Of a stretch of 22,444 bases of DNA, positions 13,374-22,444 are shown in pieces. Within the stretch, counting starts at the first letter, position 1. Every line of letters starts with the position of its first letter. The position numbers and the translations under genes are program-made. The stretch is from Piromyces finnis finn (lineage: Eukaryota; Fungi; Neocallimastigomycota). A model generated the notes under the pieces. The model had not been told where the DNA came from, did no database searches, and saw nothing but the letters and a program-made list of their open reading frames with translations. Where the stretch lies: contig MCFH01000162.1 of the NCBI GenBank assembly GCA_002104945.1, positions 1 through 22,444 of the forward strand, written 5' to 3'.

Positions 13374-16300
13374 TTATTCTTTAAGCAATTTTATAATTTG
13401 ACTTTGCTTAGATAATGATAATAATGGACCAATGGTAGCTAATATTGCTGAAACAATACAACATCCAACAACAACTAGTATTAATATGTATGGGAATGAG
13501 AAAGATAATGGTATATGAATAAATTCAGTTCTTTGTTTCATTATAGTAATTCCTAAAATGTATCCAACAATGATCTAAAGAAAAAAAAATAAATAAATAA
13601 AAAATTTATTGATTTTATAAATATTATTATATTTGAATTATTATTATTATTATTTCTAAATTTTATATAGATAAGAAACCTACACCAAGAATACCAGCAC
13701 TCATTAAAATGGTAAATCCTTCATAAATGTAAATTTTTATTAAACTAAATCTATTTACACCAAGTGACCTTAAAATACCAATTTCTTGTTTTTGTTCCAT
13801 TATATTCATATACATAATATTACTTAAACTGAAGAACGCAATTAAAGAGAATGCTACAGTGATAACACTAAAAGCATAATTAAGAATTGTTCTAACATCT
13901 TCAGTAAATTCTAATTCATCATCTAATGTCTCTACATTGACACGCATATTAAAGACTGTTAACATTTGGGATTTGATTTTCTTTTTAATTTCTTTAGTGA
14001 TATTTGCATTATATGAAATTATCATATATTGAAGAATTATATCCTTCATGGAGGTATAGAACTCTTTTCCTAATTCATACATACCAGGGAATGAAACTAA
14101 TGAGGATAAACCACTCGCCATAACTTTAGACATATCTACAAGTGGAGCAGATTCTAAATAAGATAAAGGTTGAACTTCTCTCCAACAATAAGTTTCATTA
14201 CTGAAAATATTTTATTAATAATTTATCATCAAATTTTCCTTCCATTACAAATTCATCTTTATATGCGACTGGGTAAATCATACGATTATCACCTTCATAT
14301 GAGTAAAGTTGCTCTGTTTGTATAGACGTTAATTGATTCGTCATTTCATTTGTGGGATATAAAAATTTTGTCTTTCCAAAAGAAGTACTTACCACATCAA
14401 AAAAGTTTGGGCTTATTGCTCTTATATGAGTTCGATAAGGATCAACACGACCAATATTAGATATTTTTATATCACTTATATTTTTATTTTTATATACAAA
14501 ATGATCCGATAAATAAGCCCAATCATTTACCTCTGGTATTGAACTTAAATATTCTTCTGCTGCCTTTAATTGTAACCAAAAACTACCAGTATTATAAATA
14601 TTTTGAATATATATTCGAGCGTCTGCACCAATTTTTGCTCTGGCACTATTTGATATAATTATTATATTAACAAAAAAAAAAAAAAAAAAGTATTATTTTT
14701 AAAAATAACAAAAAGAAAAATATATAATTTTAAATATTTATTTTATATCTATATTTTTTATAATCATATATAATTATTATTATATTAATAATATTTTAAT
14801 TTTATTTCAACTTACTTATATTCCATTGTATTTAATTCAACATCCGATACAGATTGTAAGAATATAATGCATGTAATACTCATAGCAAACATTAAAGCTG
14901 TCTTTTTATTTTTAAGTCTATGACTTAATAAATTTTTTTTTGTAAGAATACTAATTCCTTTTTTTTCCCAAAAGTTTATGAAAAAGACGATATACAATAC
15001 TATTCGTTCTACTATTGGTTGTAAATTCAATGATAATGTTATCATACCAAAAAGCATACATAACAAAACCGCAAATAAAATAGTTAAAACATTAGCAATA
15101 TTCATACTAATTAATGATGCTGGTAAAAAGTAACATAATAACCTCCAATAAGAGAAAAAGATCCACCAACAGCAATTAACGTTTTATTAGCTTTAATTGT
15201 TTTATAAAATTTATTCTCGACTGTAATAATATATCCATTAAGATTATGACGACGATCCAATGAATCTCTAATATTAGATGACAACGCTTTTCTAATTGGG
15301 AAATACGAGGCTATAATTGGTACACATAGACCTAAACCAATACCACATAATACTGCTTTAAATGATAATATTGGTGTAATAGAATGTTTTAATGTGGTTT
15401 CAATTAGTGGTTGGAAATATATAATTAATACTTGGGCCGTAATAAATGCTAATGCGGTTCCCGGAAGACTATATGAAATGCCTTGAACCTTTTTTTTTTT
15501 TAGTTTAAATAAATAATATAATTAACATAGTAAATAAGATATAAGTTTTTGGTTAAATAGCTAAATTAAAGCAATCATTTTGTATAAATTATAATAAATC
15601 CAAATATTAATAATTACCAATATCATAAATATCATATTTTTTCTTTTCATTCCCACCATTCTTTGAATACCTAATTGATGTGTTTTTGATTCAACAGATA
15701 CATCATAAGACAATTAATTAAAAATATCGATAATAATGCTAATAAAAGTACAATGATTGTAAATGTTAAATTTAAAAATGATGCCATTGTTGAATTTTCT
15801 TTAAATTCTTTTAAAACGTCTAAAGATGTATATATTTCATGAAAACCAAGATACCATGCGATTTTGAACTCCATTGAATAACATCTTTCGCAATTTTATC
15901 GAAGGATTGTCCTAAATACCAGGAACTTCTAGGACCTGGTAAATTAAAAACAACATCATTAACATCTTCATAATATTTTTTATCAGTTTGTAATTTAAAC
16001 ATTAATGGGTAAGCTTCTATTTCAGCAAAAGATAATTCATTATCACGTATACGCATTTCTGCAATTTTTTGGTGAATTTCAGCAACATCCTGGAAAAAAG
16101 TTGTCATTTCAATAATTGCAATATAATTATTACTCGTAGATCCAAATTTGCACGAGGCACCACTAATTGAAAAAATATCTTCTATTTTATATGGTATAGA
16201 ATATATGATTGCATCAATATTTGCTCTTATGTTTGTAAAACTTCATTAAATGCAACTGCGTACATGTCTCTAGTACTAAATGATAGTATTATTGTATCAT

Positions 16301-16912
16301 TAACTTTAACTTTTAAATCATCTGCTAATGTATCACTGATGAGAATCTTCCCATTGGAAGGATATTTATAATTCCAATTCTTACAAATTTCCAATTTTTT
16401 TTCCTTTTCCATATCTATATATATGTACTGATCTGATGATTTCGAGAGCAATCATTCAATAAATAATTACGGGATTGATACCATTTTTTATGACTATATA
16501 CAACATAATCAATAGGGTTGTTTAATGAGGAATTATATGAGGAACAACTTAATAAATTATGAGCATATGCATTCCATTTTTCCATCTAGGAGTATGTAAT
16601 TGATATTTTTTTGGTAAATTACTGTCAATCACATTAGCTACTTTAGTGTAATTTATTGGTGCTTTAAAAGGAAGTTTTATATCCATATCAATTTCACCTG
16701 AATTTTGTTCACTTAATACTAAAAAAATAATTGGTGAGAATTTCAAGCACATAATTAAAAGAATAACAATAAATACTACTAATAAATAGAGCAACATCCT
16801 ATTAAAAAGTGACCCTTTTTACTTTTATGATCTCTTATACTAAGTCTAGTATAAAGACTTACGTCACTTATAAAATTATTAATTTTTTAACATATCCTTT
16901 TTTTCTGTCCAT
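13374..16912 (-). CDS. Large multi-pass membrane protein with two FtsX/MacB-type (type VII ABC) permease domains; about 3 introns (~15617..15491, ~14812..14648, ~13681..13556)
   Basis: First FtsX-type domain: LLSIFLINCLMM..ESKTHQLGIQRMVGMKRK...PIIASYFPIRKALSSNIRDSLD. Second: LIAFFSLSNIMYMNIMEQKQEIGILRSLGVNRFSLIKIYIYEGFTILMSAGILG|IIVG...LATIGPLL. Each is preceded by a hydrophobic helix and a long hydrophilic loop. Splice junctions are GT-AG. It has many 1-nt frameshifts, so the start codon is approximate. Confidence 0.85.
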
Positions 16913-17744
16913 CTTTTTCTTCTTTTACTATGTATTTTCACTATTTTTAAGAACATAATTTATTTTATTGTTTTTATATCATCCATTTATTTAATTTTAT
17001 ATAATTTAATTAATTATAATATTTATATTATGCGTATGAATTTATTTCTATAAATTTATTATTTATATGCAGTGTTTTTTTTTTTTAATTAGAAAAATAA
17101 TGAAAATCTATAATTCAATAAATATTTATAATCTTATTTAAATGTTTATTGTATTAAAGGTATTAGTAATCATATTTAAAACAAAAACTTTTTTATTTAT
17201 TCAAGTATTATTGTAATTTATTTTGCTCTATATGATTTCTAAATAATATGAATTATAGAAAAGTAGATAAAAAAAAATCTTCTATATTAATAAAAATAAA
17301 TTTAATAAAATTTATTTATTTATTATATTTTTAATTAATTATTTTTTCTTCTATTTTTTTTTTTTTAAATTTTTAAAAAACAAAACAAAGTATAATTAAA
17401 ATATATTAAATTATAATTTTATTTTTTTTTCTTTTTTGAATAAAATTAAAATTATTTTACACTATATAATACCAATAATATAATTGAATAATATAATTGG
17501 TAATAATCTTTATTCCGAAGTAATTTTAAATAAAAAAGAACTTTATTGAAATTGATGCTATTATTTAATATTTTTTTCAAAGGAGTTTTTTCATAAAAAA
17601 AAAAGTAATTCTTTTTAAATATAAATATATGATAAAGGTATATTGAATTTTAAGTATGAAATATATCATAAATGTAAATTTTATTTATAATTTATGTAAT
17701 TATTCCAATAAAGCAAATATATTATATGATCTTTTATTAATTAA

Positions 17745-20700
17745 TTAATCCACAACTTCAACATTTTCTGGTAGCTCAGTAATAAATTTTATTATCCAAA
17801 TTCTTGAATAAGTGTTGCAATAACCTTCTACGGGTTTTTCTCAGGCTCTCTACAATTAAAAGTACTACCAATATCCCATATTATTCCCCCTTTTAAAACT
17901 ACCTTATAACATGTTTCAATAGTTTCTGGATTAAATGTTTTTAAGGTGATTACTGATGTAGATGTATTTTGATTTCCTTTTGCGGAACTATGAGGTTTTG
18001 AAGATACTTCTGGATTATTTTGTTGCGTATTAGTTGATATATAATTGATATTAGTTGAATTATTAGTTTCATCATTATTTATTTGATTATTTTCAATTTA
18101 TTATCTAATTGATCTGATTTCAAATTGGTATTATTATTATCATTTATTAATATACTTTTACTTTTATTATTATTAATTAAATTCTGATAATCATCTGTTA
18201 AAAATTTAAAATCAGGGTTTTTCAGTATATTTTTATTAATATGATTTGATAAATCAATTCCTTCTTTAAAATAATTACTCCAAAAGTTTAATACTGGATC
18301 TAAAATTTTTACACTAATTTTCTTTACTCCTACGTTTTCAGATGAACCACTACTTGGCTCAATAATAAATCTTCTTTTAGAATCATTATTCACTTCATCT
18401 AATGGTATTACTGTAACTGAACCATAATTATTAACAAAAAATGTATTATTATATGGTTTTATACTGAACTCTGATGGAATAATTTTTTTATTTCTGTTTT
18501 TACAAAAGATGGAACTTTTCCATTAACAATATTAAATTTTTTGTGAATAATACATAAACAGTTTGATTATATTTTTGACTTAAAGATCTTGATATTTTCC
18601 AAATAAATTTTAATGTTTGTATCGTGGATGAATAAAAGTTGATACTAATGAAAGGGTATTATATCATTAATTTCATTTGGATTAGTTTCACCTTTTTTAT
18701 CTTTTGTTTTTGATACTTTTCTTTGGTTCTTCTTCTATTACATTATCTTTCATATTTTGAGTTAACGACATTGGATTATTGTGATTTGCATATACCTCTA
18801 ATGGAGGAATAACAGGATCTTCAATATACAAATCAGAATTATGATCAAATCCAGATAAATAAAATGAGTTTTGCCAACATCTTCCATTTACTCTAATTTT
18901 TTGATATTCCTTTATTCCAATGATTTCAATAAAAAAGAATCATAATAATTATCACTCTCATGATCTGGTGAAAACTTAATACTAATTTCGATTTTATCCA
19001 TAGAAGATACTTCACCTTCATATGAATTAAAATGAAATGGAGAAATAAAATTAATATTCGAAGTTCCATTGCTTATAATTTTTCATTGGAATCTTCCTTA
19101 TCATGTACTTTATATTTAATAGGAATTGCTGTTTGATTATTTATTGTTAAATTTGTGTTCCGATTTCACCAAGCATTATATCATTAAATTCAATGTTTTT
19201 TGGTTCTATGGATACCTTTGGTTCAATTCCAGTACCATTTAGTTCAAGTTTAATACAAGATGTTTCAGTATAAAACTCACATATTTCTTTATATAATACT
19301 GGTCTTATTGGGTCTAAAGAGTATTTTTTGCAACAAAAGTTGATTTTGGTGGTATTTCTCTTAATAACAAACTAAATCAAAGGGTCCTACAGGATTAAGA
19401 CATTTCATATTAATTTTTTTTGGTTCATTCGATTCATTTTTTATTGGGATATCATATATGCTTTCACTATTAAGTAAAACGTTGCCGAAAAATATTTTGG
19501 ATTCTTTATTATCATTAATTAAATCTGGTTTAGTAATTGTAGTTGATACTAATAAATGAATTACAAATTCATCGTTCTGTTGATATTCTTTTTCATTTAC
19601 ATCATGTTTTCATTCCAAATGGTATCTTTAATTTTGATAAATCAATATTAAAATTCTTATGTTGATTTATTTTACATGGAATTATAAAATCTAAATTTTT
19701 AACTATTGGTGATTTTTCTGGAATAGTAATAGTGGATATTGAATTATTACTAATCGGTTTATTAGGTGTCTTTTTATTTTTTTGACTTTTTGATTAGATG
19801 ACTGAGCTTGATTAGAAGAAGTAGCATTTATATACCTTCTTTTTTCATATTAACTTTTTTTTCATTACTTTCCTCAAAATGTACTGTTCCAATATTCTTC
19901 AATTCATCTTCAGACATACCACTTCTATATTATAATCAGATTCTGATGGGAAAAATGAAATATCAAGATATTCATAATCAAGAGGCTTTAATGTACCCTC
20001 CTGAGGGGTGATTCTAATGCAATTATATATTCTATTTTTATTTTCTATTGGTATATCAGTAATTAATTTCTTACTTAAGTCAATTTCTTGTGCCTTAAAG
20101 AGCACAGGCATTCCAAATTTAAAATCAAACATACTTTGAGATTTAAAATTATCAGAATTTTTCCAATTATTGCCATCATTATGTATCATACCAATATATG
20201 TAGTATTAACTTTTCCAATAGATGTTGTAGACAATTTGATATAATTCTCTGATAACCTAAGAGCTGATTGAACACCATTTCCAGTACACATTATTTCAAA
20301 TTTTAACCCATGATCCGTATATCCTATAATTTTCATATTACTTCCATTATATTTTTTGTTTCTAATGGTTGAAATATTAAATATACCTCAATAACTTCAC
20401 GAGACTTTAATTTAATTATTGGTTTATTTTGAGAGTTTAATACTGATAAAACAGGATTCTTTGATTGGAAATATAATTTTTGAGGTAAAAGTGAATTATT
20501 TGTGATTTTAATTGGAAAATATCCTTTTTACATATGGAAATATTTTTAAAATCTATTAATCCATTAGGTTCTACTTTTATTCCAACAGATGTAATTCTTC
20601 CTTTTAACAAAATTGGTATAGGACATTTGACATTACCATATAATATGTAATTATTACAGGTATTTCAAAATATTCATCAATAAGATCTCTTTTTAAACTA

Positions 20701-22444
20701 ATTTTCTTTTGGATTTTTATTTTAAACCATATTGAAAATGGTTCTTTTGGTTGAGCAAATGCAAATTGAGGACTTAATTCAAAAGATTCAATAAATGATG
20801 GTAATGATTTTATATAAAATTGACTTTGATCTGTTATATTTAATCCCATATTTTTAAAGATATTAATGTCAATGTCTTCCAAAAGATTACCATTTGCTTT
20901 GTAGAATTTATCATTTGCTAAAGCAACTGTAAATTTTAATGCCATATTGGATTCATTTTTTATTTGAACTCTATTTCTATATAAACTTCCAGCTACACAT
21001 AATTTAAAATCTAATACATTATTATCTATAAACATAGGAACTTCTAATGCATGACCAATACATTTTATATATTTGGTTTTGCACTTTTATTATCAAATTC
21101 AATAATAAATAACTTTACATCTTCTCTAAATTGTAAAGATACATTATTTATTAGGTTATCACTTGGAGAATGAGGCTCATATTGAGGTGAATATTTAATA
21201 TTAATATTAATATTTTTTCTCTTATCAATTGACCATTGGAATTTTTTATGACTGAAAATAATGGTTCTTTACTAGAATTTCCAATATATTTTGTTGAACT
21301 GTTTTATTTTTTATATTATTTATACTATTTGTCAGGTTATTATCCTCTATTGTATTTTCTTTAATAACTAAATCATTTGTAATATTAATTTCACTTTTTG
21401 ATAAATCATAAGTATTATTTATAAAGCTATTTGAGGAATTTAATTTTTCATCATTATTATTATCGTTTAATTCATTATTTTCAAATATTTCAGTACTTTC
21501 TATTGGTCTTATGAATATGATGTTTCTATAGCTCCAATATTTCCAATTTCTATAATTTTATTAATGAATCCTCCTGAAATACATTTTCCAAAATATATTT
21601 CAATTTCATTATCATTAATTATTTGATTTGATGCATATTTTTTATTTGGATCATCACTACTTGCATTAAGTAATTGCGAATTATCACGTAATTTTTTATT
21701 AAGATTTTTACCATTAATAGATATGATTTTTGGAATACATTGTTTTACACAACAGTTAATTGGTATCTTAAATATTCCTCCATATGCCGCTTCAAAGTTA
21801 ATACTTGAATTTGTAATATTTTCATTAAAGCCATTTGGACAATTGAAAATAATATCGATTTTGCATGTCATTCCAGCTGACATCATACCTTGTAGCTTAT
21901 ATTGAACTTCAAAATATGATGCTATTTCAATAGGAAGTGGTAAAAGTTTAAAAGTATTTACTCTACATGAGGTATTAGTTAATGTTACTTTTTTAACATA
22001 TCTTTTTCCTGATTCAAAATCTTCAAATGACAAACTTGAAGGTTTTGCAGAAAATGGAATAATATTTTTATCTAGTTGATTGACTGTTTCATTTTTTATT
22101 TCTTTTACACTAGGAAGTGGGATATGTACTCTTTCGACTTTATTATTATTATTAAATTTATTTATATCCGATTTTTCTATTTCATTTAATTCACTATTAA
22201 TTTTCGTAGTTTTTGTATTATCACTATCATAATGATACTTTATGCCTTTCTTTTCAAAATTTAATGAATTTTGTTGTTTTTTGAAATATCATTAAGATTT
22301 GATATTTGAATTTCTTTTTCACATGATTTTGTTATACCATCAATATTAAAACTGATATTTTTATCATTATAATTTTCTTTTTTTTTATCACCATTAGTAT
22401 CATTTTCTAATGTAATTGTTTTATCTTTAGAATATGAAGCATTC
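17745..22444 (-). CDS. CFAP74: Cilia- and flagella-associated protein 74 homolog (ASH/Ig-like repeats, central-pair apparatus); 5' part lies beyond the window
   Basis: FSAKPSSLSFEDFESGKRYVKKVTLTNTS...GMMSAGMTCKIDIIF...GIFKIPINC and GHALEVPMFIDNNVLDFKLCVAGSLYRNRV...LSPQFAFAQPKEPFSIWFK resemble the conserved CFAP74 blocks as I recall them. Coding-like sequence runs on to ...ELPENVEVVD-TAA (17745..17747). The ORF fragments are separated by frameshifts, and I recognised no intron. Confidence 0.75.

Noticed and set aside
19808-21905. ORFs 19808..20011(+) and 21723..21905(+)
   Set aside because: They are antisense shadows of the CFAP74 coding strand.

Overview
This is extremely AT-rich eukaryotic nuclear DNA with short GT-AG introns and the standard genetic code. 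A flagellar gene, fungal-type housekeeping genes and strong GGT/GCT/GAA/TTA codon use suggest a zoosporic fungus, most likely an anaerobic gut fungus (Neocallimastigomycota); this is an inference. From left to right: (1) a ~3.2 kb near-perfect inverted repeat (1..~1550 / ~1630..3194) carrying two head-to-head copies of an unidentified 3-exon gene; (2) TRM9 tRNA wobble-uridine methyltransferase (-); (3) ~3.5 kb of featureless intergenic DNA; (4) a MATH-BTB (SPOP-like) Cullin-3 adaptor (+); (5) deoxyhypusine synthase (+); (6) an intron-containing permease with two FtsX/MacB-type domains (-); (7) the 3' part of CFAP74 (-), which starts beyond the window. Every recognisable gene carries single-base losses in homopolymers, so the consensus looks like poorly polished long-read sequence and the large palindrome may be a fold-back artefact. 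I found no convincing new multi-gene system. The best leads are the palindrome, the fungal MATH-BTB protein with a PY motif, and the eukaryotic double-FtsX permease.
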